64,000 bases of DNA from TPA_inf: Saccharomyces (GCA_000146045.2 BK006941.2:352001-416000), one strand, 5' to 3'; shown: positions 1 through 12,176, counted from the stretch's first letter. The notes: a model not told the origin generated them from the sequence alone. Made by a program: numbers and translations.

Positions 1-298
1 CCCTGAAAAACCTATATTGAGAATCACTATTGTCTACTTTTCTGCCAAATAACCAACCTTGAGATAGGAGACGTTCGTATCTTGCATAGTTTGGATTTTC
101 GGGCGAACTAGCTTGTAACCCAGCATAGAACATCAAGGGAACCACGACCAGAAATGCAATGTAGTAGAATTTGAACTCAGTAGTTTTCCATAGTGATGGC
201 TTAGTGGTAGTAGAGGCATCCTTTTTTGGTGAAGGTTTGATTCTTGAATCTAAGCCCTCGGAAGTAATTAGGGGAGACAGGATGCTGATCAGCGACAT
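1..298 (-). CDS. GUP1: Partial CDS (5' end only, first 99 codons plus 1 nt). N-terminus of the MBOAT O-acyltransferase Gup1. The gene continues beyond the window edge.
   Basis: The reverse complement translates to MSLISILSPLITSEGLDSRIKPSPKKDASTTTKPSLWKTTEFKFYYIAFLVVVPLMFYAG..., which I recognise as the Gup1 N-terminus. The ATG is at 296-298 on the minus strand. The position upstream of SCY1 fits chrVII synteny. Confidence 0.8.
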   Translation of the reverse strand, partial: MSLISILSPLITSEGLDSRIKPSPKKDASTTTKPSLWKTTEFKFYYIAFLVVVPLMFYAGLQASSPENPNYARYERLLSQGWLFGRKVDNSDSQYRFFR

Positions 299-1057
299 TT
301 CTTGCAATTGTCTGTTAACAAATGCTGATTCACGCTTTGTTTTTGCCTTTGTATGATTAACATCTATATATCGAAAGCAATATGCTAAGTTATTATTCTT
401 ACCCTTTCAGTGTCCTTTTTGGCACACCCACTAAACATAAAGAGAAATACGTGAACACCTATACACCCTATATTATTTTGATTGTTCAACATTGCTTGAT
501 TCATCATCCATTCTCCAGCTCTCGAATCTTGTTTCTGGCTTTTCCAAGATTATGTGAAAATTAACTTACTCTTTTTGGTCGATAAATAATTACAAGTTCA
601 AGTGCATGTCTAATTGGAAACTTATTTTTATGTCCGATTGAGCTGATGTTCAGCTAGTTTATGTTTATACAAGAAAAATGCTCACCCGTACATATGCTCC
701 TTCTTCACTCATTTTCTTGTCCTGTTGTTGAGACATTCAACTTTGATCCTGCTCTTGTACTTTTATGATTCATTACTTATATATTGGTCTTCATTATTCT
801 CGAGATGAAATTCTCAGGGTCTTTTAAAAAAAAAGTTTCAGTAGGAAAACTAAACGTAATTAAACTATTCTTCGGTTCGAACCTGAAGTTGCGTGAAAAA
901 AAGGGTACTGCAGTCTTGAAAAAATAGAAGCCAAAAAGAAGTTAATATCAAAACAAATAAATCTTGCACATATTAAAGCGCACAAAAGTATTCAAAACAG
1001 TGTAACTTCGAATATCGTATCATTAAGGAAAATAGGACACACTTTGATTGAGCAGGG

Positions 1058-3472
1058 ATGATGTTTTGGTCCTCAAAGACGGGTATCACGTCAAAATATT
1101 CATTTTCATCATCACCTACTTTCACAGCTGAACCATGGAGCATTTACACCGGTCGTCCCAAATCTTCATCTTCATCTTCACCTTCCAAAGTATCGATATT
1201 CATGTTTGACAAGAAGCAGTTCGAAAACTATTTGTTACACTATGGTATTATTAAATCCAAATCTGGATCCAGAGATAAAGTATTAATACAAGAAGCGTAC
1301 GAAATATTAAGAAACCAGGCCAATAACTTGGCCAAGCTCAAGCACCCAAATATTCTGACTTTAATTGAACCATTAGAAGAACATAGCAAGAATTTCATGT
1401 TCGTCACCGAGTTTGTCACTAGCTCATTGGAGACCGTTTTCAGAGAAACCGATGATGAAGAGCAGAATTTCTTACAAGGTCATGTTAAAGATAATATCGT
1501 GGTACAGCGAGGTATATTGCAACTGGTAAATGCACTCGATTTTGTTCATAACCGCGCAAGCTTTGTACACTTGAACATTCAACCTAGGGCAATATTTATC
1601 AATGAAAATTCTGATTGGAAAATTTCCGGCTTAGGCTATTTAGTAAAAATACCACCAGGCACAAATACCTCTGAATACTTCTTACCTCAATATGATCCCA
1701 GAGTTCCCCCATTTATGCATTTACAATTGAATTATACGGCCCCAGAAATTGTTTTTGAGAATACCCTAACCTTTAAGAACGATTATTTTTCTTTAGGATT
1801 GTTGATATATTTTCTGTACACTGGTAAAGACTTGTTTCGCAGCGAAAATTCGACTAGTGAATATAAATTGGAGTACAACAAGTTTGAAAGCAAAATTAGT
1901 ACAATGTCATGGGATAATATATTCAGTAAGGTTCCACAAAAGTTGAGGCATTGTATACCCAAGCTAATAAACAGAGACATCTATTCCAGATATGATAACA
2001 TAACGTTGATTTTAGATTCTGAGTTTTTCCAAGATCCGTTAGTCAAAACCTTGAATTTTTTAGACGATTTACCTACCAAAAATAACGAAGAAAAATACGT
2101 ATTCTTAGAGGGTCTCGTGAATCTGCTGCCAGAGTTTCCGCCAGCATTATTGCAAAAGAAGTTCTTGCCCATTTTATTGGAACTATTAAGTCAGTTTTGT
2201 GCTGAGAAGGTCGTAAGTGATAAATGTGTGGGTAAAAGTTTGGATTTGATAATCAAGATAGGGTCCACTTTATCTCAGTTGTCCTTTCAAGAGAAGGTTT
2301 ATCCAGTTTTATTGAGTGATGCGAACTTTCCAGTATTATTAAAAAAAGCCACCATCTGCCTGATCGATAATTTAGACACATTGAAGCAAAAAGTTAAACG
2401 CTCTGATTTCTTGGAAAATATACTCAAGCCGCTATTTAATTATGTTTTACATGACTCCGAAAGTGACATTACCGTGGTTTGTCAAGAAAAACTTTTATCA
2501 CAAATTCCGTTAGCTTTAGAGGTACTTGATTTTCCTACCGTGAAACAATTCTTATTACCATTACTATCCAATCTATTTACAAAGACAACAAGTTTAACGG
2601 TGAAAAACACATGTGTTACGTGCTTTCAAATTATGATAGAGCATAAATCCATCGATTCTTATACTTGCTCAGAAACCGTCTTGCCTTTGTTTAAGTCCAT
2701 GAAAACAAGAGATCCAAGAATTTTATCTAAGTTATTGAAGCTTTTTGAAACGGTGCCGTTGATCATTACTGATGAAATTGTTCTTGTTGACCAAGTACTG
2801 CCTTTGATGTGGAATTATTCTATGGCTTCAACGCTAACAAAGTCACAATATTCAGGATATACAAAGGCAATTAACAAAATGTCTTCAGACATCCAAAAGC
2901 ACCATATCGCCAAATTGGATGATAAAGTCAATGATATTGGCGAAGATGCCTTTCACAAAGTCATTGAACCAACAATCATGAAGAAGGAGGACCCTGAGAC
3001 AGTTGCAGCTAAAAATATTGAAGTAGCAGCCATGCAACCAGTTAAAAAAAAGACTGGGTCCTCTTATGGGGAGACATTACCACAATCTAAAAGTATTTTA
3101 AACTCCAAACCCCTAAATCCTAAAAATGCCCTTGCAACTAGAGGCTTTCCAACAAGGATTCTAAACTCCCCTCCACAGACCCCATCAAGTCGAACTGGTT
3201 CAAAAGTTATGACCAAAGGTGGCTCCAACGACGCTTCGAGCACTAAGGTGGAAGAGGAATTCAATGAATTTCAATCCTTTTCAAGCACAGGGAGCATACG
3301 TCAAACTTCCGCACCATCAGACGTCTGGATGAACAGTACCCCCAGCCCTACCCCAACATCCGCAAGTAGTACCAATTTACCGCCTGGGTTCTCGATATCC
3401 TTGCAACCAAACAAAAGAAAGGATGGTTCTTCTGATATTCCCCGAAGTAATGTATATGGATCTTTGATATAA
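1058..3472 (+). CDS. SCY1: Scy1-like pseudokinase (804 aa). It has a kinase-like N-terminal domain, HEAT-like repeats and a Ser/Pro-rich C-terminus.
   Basis: 804-aa ORF with ATG at 1058. The LKHPNILTL and VHLNIQPRAIFI kinase-like motifs are present. Size and neighbours match YGL083W. Confidence 0.88.
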   Translation: MMFWSSKTGITSKYSFSSSPTFTAEPWSIYTGRPKSSSSSSPSKVSIFMFDKKQFENYLLHYGIIKSKSGSRDKVLIQEAYEILRNQANNLAKLKHPNILTLIEPLEEHSKNFMFVTEFVTSSLETVFRETDDEEQNFLQGHVKDNIVVQRGILQLVNALDFVHNRASFVHLNIQPRAIFINENSDWKISGLGYLVKIPPGTNTSEYFLPQYDPRVPPFMHLQLNYTAPEIVFENTLTFKNDYFSLGLLIYFLYTGKDLFRSENSTSEYKLEYNKFESKISTMSWDNIFSKVPQKLRHCIPKLINRDIYSRYDNITLILDSEFFQDPLVKTLNFLDDLPTKNNEEKYVFLEGLVNLLPEFPPALLQKKFLPILLELLSQFCAEKVVSDKCVGKSLDLIIKIGSTLSQLSFQEKVYPVLLSDANFPVLLKKATICLIDNLDTLKQKVKRSDFLENILKPLFNYVLHDSESDITVVCQEKLLSQIPLALEVLDFPTVKQFLLPLLSNLFTKTTSLTVKNTCVTCFQIMIEHKSIDSYTCSETVLPLFKSMKTRDPRILSKLLKLFETVPLIITDEIVLVDQVLPLMWNYSMASTLTKSQYSGYTKAINKMSSDIQKHHIAKLDDKVNDIGEDAFHKVIEPTIMKKEDPETVAAKNIEVAAMQPVKKKTGSSYGETLPQSKSILNSKPLNPKNALATRGFPTRILNSPPQTPSSRTGSKVMTKGGSNDASSTKVEEEFNEFQSFSSTGSIRQTSAPSDVWMNSTPSPTPTSASSTNLPPGFSISLQPNKRKDGSSDIPRSNVYGSLI

Positions 3473-3826
3473 TTTGTCAGCCTCCCGAAGATGAAGATAT
3501 CTTAAATTGGCTTGAAACGAACGCACCACGAAGTCAGTGGTTCTTTGTATTAGTAAATAAACCAAATATAATTTTGTACCTTAGCAGCTCTTTCGAGAAA
3601 TTCATTTTCAGTTTAGTAGGCCTGACTGACAAGCAAATTGTTCTTTTTTCTGGACGGTGCGGGATCAGGGGAATCACACGTTCAATAAATAAAGAAAGGA
3701 TGAAACAGTCGTACAACAACCAAACATGAAGGAGGTACAGAGGAAGCAAACAAAACCAAATTTGCTAAAATCAAGACTGGGGCAATTTTTCAGTCCGTAT
3801 ACAATCGTTCACAGGAATTAGCCAAT

Positions 3827-4972
3827 ATGGATGTTACATTTCTAACCAAAAATGTTCAAATAAATGGCACTCAGTTTAAAATATTACTTCAAAATGGGCA
3901 AGGTGAATGCGCGCTAATTGCACTAGCTAACGTATTATTGATATCACCTGCCCATGCTCGCTATGCCCAAGAAATTTCCAGACTAGTGAGAGGCAAGGAA
4001 ACTGTTACTTTAAACGAACTTGTGCAAACTCTAGCCGACATGGGCGTTCAAAATCCGAATGGTACAGATGTGGACAAACAACAGCTACTCCAAATCCTAC
4101 CACAATTATATAGCGGATTGAACATCAACCCAGAATTTAACGGATCTTTTGAGGACGGCGTAGAAATGTCGATTTTCAGGCTCTACAATGTCGGCATCGT
4201 TCATGGATGGATAATAGATGGGGACAATGATCCGAACTCTTACGAACATGTGTCCAAATATTCTTATATGGGCGCGCAAAAAGTTTTGGTACAGTCGTAT
4301 GAGATCCAAAAGAATAATGCCCAATTTGAAAACAGCGAGCAAATCCAATCTGATGCACCTTACTTAAAATCGTTTCTGGCAAGATCTGCCACACAATTGA
4401 CTGAATATGGTCTAACTCATCTCAGAGAAATTTTAGTAGAAAGATCGTATGCCGTGCTTTTTAGAAATGATCACTTTTGCACATTATATAAAAACAATGG
4501 CGAATTGTTTACTTTGGTCACGGATCCTACTTACAGAAATCGCAAGGACATAAACTGGCAGTCGCTTAAATCCGTGAATGGATCGCAGGATTCTTACTAC
4601 ACGGGCAACTTCATTCCCACAAGTCTGGAAAGAACAGAAACTACTGCTACCGGGCAAAATGAGTCCTACATTTCTAACCCATTCAGTGACCAGAATACAG
4701 GGCATGTAACTAGCAACCAAGTTAATAGTGGAGCAAGCGGTGTTCAACAAATCGAAGATGATGAGGAACTAGCTAGGAGGTTACAGGAACAAGAAGATAT
4801 GCGTGCGGCAAATAACATGCAAAATGGTTATGCTAATAACGGTAGAAATCATCAAAGGGAAAGGTTTGAAAGACCTGAAAAAAATTCAAAGAAAAACAAG
4901 TTCCTTCCCTTTAATGGGAGTAATAAAGAAAAGAAAAGAGACAAGTTGAAAAAAAACTGTGTAATTATGTGA
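3827..4972 (+). CDS. YGL082W: DUF544 / MINDY-family deubiquitinase-like protein, 381 aa (YGL082W).
   Basis: 381-aa ORF. The N-terminal QGECALIALANVLL motif carries the catalytic Cys of MINDY-type DUBs. Size and position match YGL082W. Confidence 0.8.
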   Translation: MDVTFLTKNVQINGTQFKILLQNGQGECALIALANVLLISPAHARYAQEISRLVRGKETVTLNELVQTLADMGVQNPNGTDVDKQQLLQILPQLYSGLNINPEFNGSFEDGVEMSIFRLYNVGIVHGWIIDGDNDPNSYEHVSKYSYMGAQKVLVQSYEIQKNNAQFENSEQIQSDAPYLKSFLARSATQLTEYGLTHLREILVERSYAVLFRNDHFCTLYKNNGELFTLVTDPTYRNRKDINWQSLKSVNGSQDSYYTGNFIPTSLERTETTATGQNESYISNPFSDQNTGHVTSNQVNSGASGVQQIEDDEELARRLQEQEDMRAANNMQNGYANNGRNHQRERFERPEKNSKKNKFLPFNGSNKEKKRDKLKKNCVIM

Positions 4973-5376
4973 AACCATGATTTCTTTTTCGTCTTTTGTA
5001 TCTTTCTTATAGAATTATTTTTTTTGTGGGTGTCACCACGCTAGCGCTTATTTTTAACTCTACCACTTTTTAATTTTGTAAATGTATATTTTACTCCTTC
5101 ATGGCGTTCAACTGGCCTATTTGTGATATATAACCTGATAATACCAATGATTTATTTTTTTTTACAGATTCCTTCTCCTAAATTTGTCCAAACAAAACGG
5201 CTCAAGAAGCCCCGAATAATGCACTACAGCGGAAATTAACATTTTTGGGATATCTTCACAGAATACTAAAGCAATCAAAGTGGCTCATAGTATTGAGTTT
5301 TACAAATTACTTGAAAAAAAAATAATCACTAGGCAGTTGCATAAAGTTGAAACTGAGGGAAGGAACTGGGGAAATC

Positions 5377-6339
5377 ATGGGTGATATAAGAACTTTTGTT
5401 TTCGCTATAGAAGATACGGAAACAACACAAGGTTTGTGTAAAACCATTGGCCGTTCGAGTTCATTTGATCAAAATAGTCTATGTAAGCCGTACAATCTAT
5501 ATTTTGATGAGCCAGAACTAAGCAGACAGCATGCTGTCCTATGTATAAAGACACCAATACCCAAAATTGAAGGAGTTCCCTCTATAGAACAACTCCGCAT
5601 CTGCATTCGGGATTTGAATAACAAGACTGGTACAGTAAACTTAGTGTCTGATGGGCCAAATGATGAAATTGATTTGAAAAATGGTGATGCTTTTGGTTTG
5701 ATTGCAATTGATAATCATCCTTTTCGCGACAACCATCATTTAGCCGCCAAGTTAATTTTCCGAATTGAACTTGAGTATTTCGATGAAGCAAGGGAAATCG
5801 TAAAGTGCACTATTACAAATGTAACATTTGGAAAGAATAATACAGTGTCATCTTTCCCTATTCATTCTGCAACATCCACAGAAGATAGCGATTCAAGTTG
5901 GTACGGATTGTCGGAAGCGAGTACGCAAACGGAAGTTGCAGATGAGTGTCATGAAACGAACACCATATTGACTCGAGGTGGTAGGTTTTCTATCCTTTCG
6001 TTGAGAAAAAGAGGCAGCAAGCAAGACCAGAAGATCTGCAGTAACTTTGATAGAAAAATACATGAAACGAGTTCTTTCGAAGAAGAAATCGAAGTTTGCA
6101 CTGACACAGACACCACAGAAGAAAAAGAAGAAGAAGAAGAAAAAGAAGAAGGGGATGATGAGGAAGGAGAAATAGAACTTGAAATTATTAGAGTAAAAAG
6201 AATAAAGGGCAGGACGAAGATAAAGAAGACGCTTACTTGCTTCTCGAAAAACAAGAAAATTATTACCCCTCAGCACTCCAATAGTATGTGGTTACTACTA
6301 ATAGTAATCTTGATTTTTGACCGCCTACTATCGAATTAA
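5377..6339 (+). CDS. YGL081W: Protein of unknown function, 320 aa, with an acidic poly-Glu stretch (YGL081W).
   Basis: The track ORF starts at a TTG at 5347. The first ATG is at 5377, which gives 320 aa as in YGL081W. It encodes an internal EEKEEEEEKEEGDDEEGE tract from a (GAA)n run. Confidence 0.7.
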   Translation: MGDIRTFVFAIEDTETTQGLCKTIGRSSSFDQNSLCKPYNLYFDEPELSRQHAVLCIKTPIPKIEGVPSIEQLRICIRDLNNKTGTVNLVSDGPNDEIDLKNGDAFGLIAIDNHPFRDNHHLAAKLIFRIELEYFDEAREIVKCTITNVTFGKNNTVSSFPIHSATSTEDSDSSWYGLSEASTQTEVADECHETNTILTRGGRFSILSLRKRGSKQDQKICSNFDRKIHETSSFEEEIEVCTDTDTTEEKEEEEEKEEGDDEEGEIELEIIRVKRIKGRTKIKKTLTCFSKNKKIITPQHSNSMWLLLIVILIFDRLLSN

Positions 6340-6635
6340 ATATAATTTTATAACCCAGTTCTATATTGCTGGGTGGTATTATAGCTTCATGGCTAGTCAA
6401 ATAAGTGGAGTTTTTTGCTCTGGACGTGGCCTGTAAAGTTCTCTTTTGCGACGGCCCCCCGCTTTAACCGAGGCGAAATGACAAGTGCTTTCTGGCAAAG
6501 AAGGAATAGCCACTACAACCTGCGGTCTCCACCTTTCTCCACCGATAATCTATTTAAACACTCACTTGCCAATCAGCAAACGTCAATACATCTACATATA
6601 TACGTATAGATTTTATTGCACTGTGATCAAAAAGA

Positions 6636-7028
6636 ATGTCTCAACCGGTTCAACGCGCTGCAGCACGCTCATTCCTTCAAAAATACATCAATAAAGAAAC
6701 TTTGAAATATATTTTCACAACACACTTCTGGGGTCCCGTATCAAATTTCGGTATCCCAATTGCTGCTATATATGATCTGAAAAAAGACCCTACACTAATC
6801 TCTGGCCCAATGACTTTTGCTTTAGTTACCTATTCAGGTGTTTTCATGAAGTATGCTCTTTCAGTATCACCCAAAAACTACTTACTGTTTGGATGCCACC
6901 TTATTAATGAAACTGCGCAATTAGCTCAAGGCTATAGGTTTCTCAAATACACGTATTTCACAACAGATGAGGAGAAGAAAGCTCTAGATAAGGAATGGAA
7001 AGAGAAAGAAAAAACTGGTAAACAGTAA
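6636..7028 (+). CDS. MPC1: Mitochondrial pyruvate carrier subunit 1, 130 aa.
   Basis: 130-aa ORF MSQPVQRAAARSFLQKYINKETLKYIFTTHFWGPVSNFGIPIAAIYDLKKDP... I recognise this as Mpc1 (Fmp37). Two predicted TM helices. Confidence 0.9.
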   Translation: MSQPVQRAAARSFLQKYINKETLKYIFTTHFWGPVSNFGIPIAAIYDLKKDPTLISGPMTFALVTYSGVFMKYALSVSPKNYLLFGCHLINETAQLAQGYRFLKYTYFTTDEEKKALDKEWKEKEKTGKQ

Positions 7029-7443
7029 AACGAGCAGTCTAAGAACCTGAAGTAGGTGACTAGATGGAAACATAAAAAAGAACAAGCAAGGATTAAGAGG
7101 ATGGATATGTTCATGCATATTCTCTCATTTTTACCTCTTCTCCTTTTCATATATGCATGCTATAGAACCATTATCTCTATGAGTTTCATTTTATTTAGTA
7201 GTTAGTATTGAACCAAACTACATAAGATGACATATTCTAAATAACCTAAATAATTATTATGTCTTTATTCAAATATTTCTTTTATATCCAAGACAATTTC
7301 CCTCTCATCTCCTTTGTATTACTGATTATATTCAGCCATTCAAAAAGTTAAAAAAGAACGTTTTTCACTGAAAAGTCGCAGCTATATTATAGTAAAATAA
7401 TAAGAGAGGCAAAATAATGGTTACCAACACTTAGTGAAGAACA

Positions 7444-8100
7444 ATGGTGACCGGAATATCGGAGGAAAATGATGATGAAGAGACTTTTTCGGCTGTTCAT
7501 TCTTCAACACCCAGTATTAATTCTCAATCCTACGCGATTCCTATAACAGAGGAAATGTCCAGCTCTTTCCATGATTCGATCAGCACCACTAGCAACTCAA
7601 GTGGTAGCTTCGATAGTGATGGAAGTAACGTTTCAGATGTTGTGGAGCAAAATGAAATGGACAATGAATCTAACGTTGACGAAGATTTGTTCCTAGATAA
7701 CGATATCCCTCAGTCAAGCAATTTGCTACCCACGGATGCCCAGGATCCTGGTCCAATATTTGACGTTTCTAGATATATTTTTGATTCTCTAAAACAATCT
7801 ATTGATTCTGCTGATTTCTCAGAGGCACTTTCTCTACAGACCAAAACCTCCGCTGTTATAAATTCGAAAAGCCTAGAGCTTAAACAATATATTGATGAAA
7901 TGAAGAGCAGGCTCACTCAACTGCAAGAGAAGTTTGAAAATGGTGAGGCTACTTCAAAAAAAATAAAACGTGATTTAGAAACTTCAAGAAAGAACATCGA
8001 CTATTTAAACGCTGCTTTGCGTGTCGATTTCCCCATAGAGTTTAATCAGGCAAGAGAAAAAATTCTTGAGCGCAGATTGAATGAAGACCATGACTGCTGA
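7444..8100 (+). CDS. KXD1: KxDL-motif protein, BLOC-1 subunit, 218 aa.
   Basis: 218-aa ORF with a C-terminal coiled coil containing KRDL (the KxDL motif). Size and position match YGL079W. Confidence 0.78.
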
Positions 8101-8287
8101 TATACTGAATCGTATTTTTTTTCTAGAAAATATGTATACTATGTGAGAGTCAATTTAAATAATATTAATGATAAATGAAAGTGGGCAGTTATAATAGTAA
8201 TATACAGTGTTTTGTTAATAAATCTCCGACTCTCGATTGGCTATTATTAGAGAAGAAAATCCAAGATTGAAGTAAACGAAAAAACCC

Positions 8288-9859
8288 CTAATCGAAAGTA
8301 ATTTTTTTTGGTTTCTTAGTCAAATCGACGTCCTTAAAGAATGAACCATAAGCGCTATGTTCCTTCTTCTTAGTGTGAGTACCGAACTTTATCAAATCTT
8401 CAGGAACAGGTTGATTGGCACCATTCAAAACGTTAACCAGTCCACCAGCCAAATGCTTTTCTTGTTCAGTGAACAGAGTGTGTGCTGTGCCTGTTTGACC
8501 AGCTCTACCAGTTCTACCGATTCTATGGACATAATCCTCCACAGTCAATGGGAAAGTTAAATTAATAACTGTCTTAACATTTGGTATATCTAAACCTCTT
8601 GCTGCAACGTCGGTGGCCAGTAACAAGTTAGACTTCCCGCTTTTGAACTCATTCAATGCTTGCGTTCTTTGTTGCTGGGACAAATCACCATGGATAGCTG
8701 CGACGTTATACCCGTTATATTTCAAATTCCTTTCAACACGAGCAGCTTCCTTCTTATAAAGAGCAAAAATCAAGACCTTTTCATTCTTTTTTGGACCAGA
8801 GTGGTACTTTTTCAACAGTTCCAATAACTTTCTTTCTTTTCCACGTGGGTCCACCACTTCAACAATCTGTGTAATTCTTTTGTTAGCAGTTAGTTGGTCC
8901 GTGTTACCAATAGATACTTTGATTGGGTTGTTCATGAACGTGGAAGCTAATTCACGGACTTCCTTTGGCCAGGTAGCGGTAAACATTAGAGTTTGTCTTT
9001 TGGACGCATCAGTTTCTCTGATAATATTCTTGATGTCTTCTTCAAAACCTTTTTCCAACATTCTGTCTGCCTCGTCTAATACTAAGTAATTAACTTGAGA
9101 TAAGTCAACAGATCCTTCCTGCAATAGGTCTAATAATCTACCAGGTGTAGCAACCACCACTTGTGACTTTTTTAACTGAATTCTTTGCTCATCCTTTGGA
9201 ACACCACCATAAACACAACAACACTGCATACCAACCTTGTCAGTTAATACAATCAGATTATCATAAATTTGGGAAGCAAGTTCTCTAGTTGGGGAAATGA
9301 CTAGAACCTGTATGCCCCTTTTCTTTTGATCGTTCATTAAATGGCTGATAGCTGGAACACCGAAAGCAAATGTTTTACCAGAACCGGTCTCAGCAACACC
9401 AACAACATCTTTACCAGATAACAAATATGGCCAGGCTACGGCTTGAATAGGCGTTGGTTTTGGAAATTTGGAAATTTCTGCTTGAATGGAAGAGTCTAAA
9501 GAAAGATAATCAAATGATAATAGCGGACGTAGGGCTAGATCCAGAGAATCCTCAACAGCAATTTCATTTTCCTTGAAATATTCGTCAATATCAGATTGTG
9601 GAAGACTGGTTAGTGCTTCACTCTGAACATAAAACTCACTAGCCACTGCAGAAGTAGGTTCAGGTTTCTTTTCAGATTCTTTCTCTGGTACTTCCACTTC
9701 CTTCTCACCCTTCTTCTCCTTCTTATGCTTTTTATGCTTTTTATCCTTCTTTTCCTTCTTGTCTTTCTTATCCTTTTTGTGTTTCTTACTCTTCTTTTTT
9801 TCAATTACCTCCTCATCTACAACCTTTCTCTTCTTGTCTGCGATTTCTTCCTTTGTCAT
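8288..9859 (-). CDS. DBP3: DEAD-box RNA helicase involved in rRNA processing, 523 aa, with a Lys-rich KKxKK N-terminal repeat region.
   Basis: 523-aa ORF. The motifs GSGKT (motif I), DEAD, SAT and [10 protein letters not shown] are present. The N-terminus [26 protein letters not shown] is typical of Dbp3. Confidence 0.93.
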   Translation of the reverse strand: MTKEEIADKKRKVVDEEVIEKKKSKKHKKDKKDKKEKKDKKHKKHKKEKKGEKEVEVPEKESEKKPEPTSAVASEFYVQSEALTSLPQSDIDEYFKENEIAVEDSLDLALRPLLSFDYLSLDSSIQAEISKFPKPTPIQAVAWPYLLSGKDVVGVAETGSGKTFAFGVPAISHLMNDQKKRGIQVLVISPTRELASQIYDNLIVLTDKVGMQCCCVYGGVPKDEQRIQLKKSQVVVATPGRLLDLLQEGSVDLSQVNYLVLDEADRMLEKGFEEDIKNIIRETDASKRQTLMFTATWPKEVRELASTFMNNPIKVSIGNTDQLTANKRITQIVEVVDPRGKERKLLELLKKYHSGPKKNEKVLIFALYKKEAARVERNLKYNGYNVAAIHGDLSQQQRTQALNEFKSGKSNLLLATDVAARGLDIPNVKTVINLTFPLTVEDYVHRIGRTGRAGQTGTAHTLFTEQEKHLAGGLVNVLNGANQPVPEDLIKFGTHTKKKEHSAYGSFFKDVDLTKKPKKITFD

Positions 9860-9994
9860 TTTAATCCCCTATATATCAAACTGTTAATACTTATGCTTTC
9901 GTTAAAAGGCTGTAAAATGAAGTTAAGCTATATCTCTGAGCTGCTATATTGTTGCCTATCTATTATTAATATTTTTTTTTTATTTGCTTCTTAT

Positions 9995-10017
9995 GCGATG
10001 AGGTGAAAAATTTTTCA
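9995..10017 (-). promoter_or_regulatory. Ribosome-biogenesis promoter motif pair. PAC (GCGATGAG) at 9995-10002, directly followed by RRPE (TGAAAAATTTTT) at 10004-10017. Sits about 140 bp upstream of DBP3.
   Basis: Exact PAC and RRPE consensus strings are seen in the sequence, adjacent to each other. DBP3 is a ribosome-biogenesis regulon gene. Confidence 0.6.
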
Positions 10018-10224
10018 TCTTTTTCCCGCAAAAATATTTCAAGAAATTTGAATTACAGTCACATCGCTTTCAAGAGCGCAAAGCCTGAGGGATATTTAGG
10101 TTGAAATATCTTAGTCCCTCGTCTAAAATGGCTTAACAAACCATTAAAAAAAATTCACTTTTATTACTTCTATGCAAATAATATACTTAAAATAAATAAC
10201 GGTCGACTGATCAACACTATAAAT

Positions 10225-11916
10225 TCACTTCTTTCCCCACGGTACGTGTTCATTTTCGAGTTCAACGTCAGAGGCCGCAACGGAAAATTCTCGACTATCT
10301 TCAATGGTATCGAAGTTATTACTATATTCAGCCTGTTCGTTCTCAGATTCTTCTAAAGCGTGGAATTCCTTCTTACCCTTGTATTTCCAGTAAAGAATCG
10401 AATACGCAGTATAACCAACAATAACTACACAAACATAGTTCATGTTATCCTTTGTCACAGGTAAAACTGGTGGAAAGGAAAAAAAGACCACAGAAAAGAC
10501 AGTCCAACCCAAAAGAACAATGTTTGAAAAAAATCCAAATTTTCCAAGCCAGAATGGACCATGAGCTATGTTACGCTTTTTAGCAAGTAAACATATAACC
10601 GGAATGATGTAGGATAACAATAAAAATGCAATACAACCTGTAATTAAGGACTGAAAAGCCGTACTGGAAGCCAAATAAAGTAGGCCAATGAGGGTTATCC
10701 AAGCGCATGACATTAAATGAGCGTTCAAAGGTACACCAGTGTGTGGGTTAACTTGCGACCATAAACGGGATAATGGAAGACCATTGTCCCTGGCAAATGA
10801 CCAACATAACCTTGCCTGCCAAGTGTGACAAGCAATGACGCAACCAAAAGAGGTAAATAGAATCAAGCAACCCAGGAAAATCGCACCTGATTTATTACCC
10901 AATGCCTGATTATAAATGTCCAAGATTGGGGCGCCTGTTGTAGAAGACAAGACAGCGTCCAGATCTTGTATAGAGAAGAACATAGCGATAACATAACAAA
11001 AGGAAGTGACAAACCCAATGGCGACTGTTCCCATGATAGCAATGGGAATAACTCTTTCTGGTTTTTCAACTTCAAACGCCATATGGGTTGCACAGTCAAG
11101 GCACGAAAATGACCAAGCTGGGTTAATCAAACCGACAATAAAGGCGATACCGCCGTTCTTCCAACCTGTTTCATTATTAAATGTGGCAAAAACAAACTTT
11201 GCATCGTTGAACTTTCCATGAGAACATGCCAATACAGTAATTGTAATTGTGAAAAAGGATAGTAGGGAAATGTATAGAGAGGAAGATGAAATGATAGGTA
11301 AGGATTTACCGTAACAGTTGAAAAACATCAAGAACAAATGCAACAATTCAAAGCAAACGAATATATGCCATCTCTTTGGGATGAATTCAGGGTGCGTCAG
11401 AGCGTACATACCAACCACTTCGGTAGCAACGGATAACGTAGTTGAAGCACTTGTGAACACGGATCCTGCGTAAGCAAATGAACCGCACATGTAGGCCGCA
11501 AATCTTTTGTACTTAGGAGGGGCAAGCTTCAAAGACCACCAAAACTGACCACCGGCGTGCGGATATGCGGAAGATAATTCACCCAACGAGGTACCAATGC
11601 AAATAGAAATCAGGGCAACAATAATTATACCGTAAACAATCATCATGGGTCCACCAGAAGATATACCTGCAACCATCGATGTAGAAATACCGAACCAGGA
11701 ATTAGTCAAACCGAATCCAACACCAAGAATTGACCACAACGAAAATGACTTTCTTAGATGAACTTCACCATCTGCTGCTACAGCACCCTTGCTATCCATA
11801 TCATCCAATGGCTTTATTTCCTCCTCAACTCTTAAGTCTCTTTTGTGCATAGAAGCGTTCGAAGATTGATCCGGCTGCATATAGCCACCGGAAGCATTAT
11901 CATTCCGAATACTCAT
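10225..11916 (-). CDS. HNM1: Choline/ethanolamine permease of the APC amino-acid transporter superfamily, 563 aa.
   Basis: 563-aa polytopic membrane ORF. Size and synteny match YGL077C. An APC-family TM pattern is present. Confidence 0.9.
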   Translation of the reverse strand: MSIRNDNASGGYMQPDQSSNASMHKRDLRVEEEIKPLDDMDSKGAVAADGEVHLRKSFSLWSILGVGFGLTNSWFGISTSMVAGISSGGPMMIVYGIIIVALISICIGTSLGELSSAYPHAGGQFWWSLKLAPPKYKRFAAYMCGSFAYAGSVFTSASTTLSVATEVVGMYALTHPEFIPKRWHIFVCFELLHLFLMFFNCYGKSLPIISSSSLYISLLSFFTITITVLACSHGKFNDAKFVFATFNNETGWKNGGIAFIVGLINPAWSFSCLDCATHMAFEVEKPERVIPIAIMGTVAIGFVTSFCYVIAMFFSIQDLDAVLSSTTGAPILDIYNQALGNKSGAIFLGCLILFTSFGCVIACHTWQARLCWSFARDNGLPLSRLWSQVNPHTGVPLNAHLMSCAWITLIGLLYLASSTAFQSLITGCIAFLLLSYIIPVICLLAKKRNIAHGPFWLGKFGFFSNIVLLGWTVFSVVFFSFPPVLPVTKDNMNYVCVVIVGYTAYSILYWKYKGKKEFHALEESENEQAEYSNNFDTIEDSREFSVAASDVELENEHVPWGKK

Positions 11917-12176
11917 CGTTCTTCAAAATACTAATTTCTGAGTAAATGAGCCAGTTAACACTGAAAGATATTCTTTCTATGGAAGTTCGAAGATATTATA
12001 ATTTTTCTTTATGCAAGCTATATATGATAAGCACAGACACCTTCTTTCCAATTGTTGGTATTCAAGGCTTTTATAAATAAGTTGGCTAACTTTCGTTGAA
12101 ATATCGGCAGTTTAGAGAAGTCAAGGCCGCTTATCTTCAGTTTTCATTTTTTTTTTTTTCGTTATATAGGTTCTGC

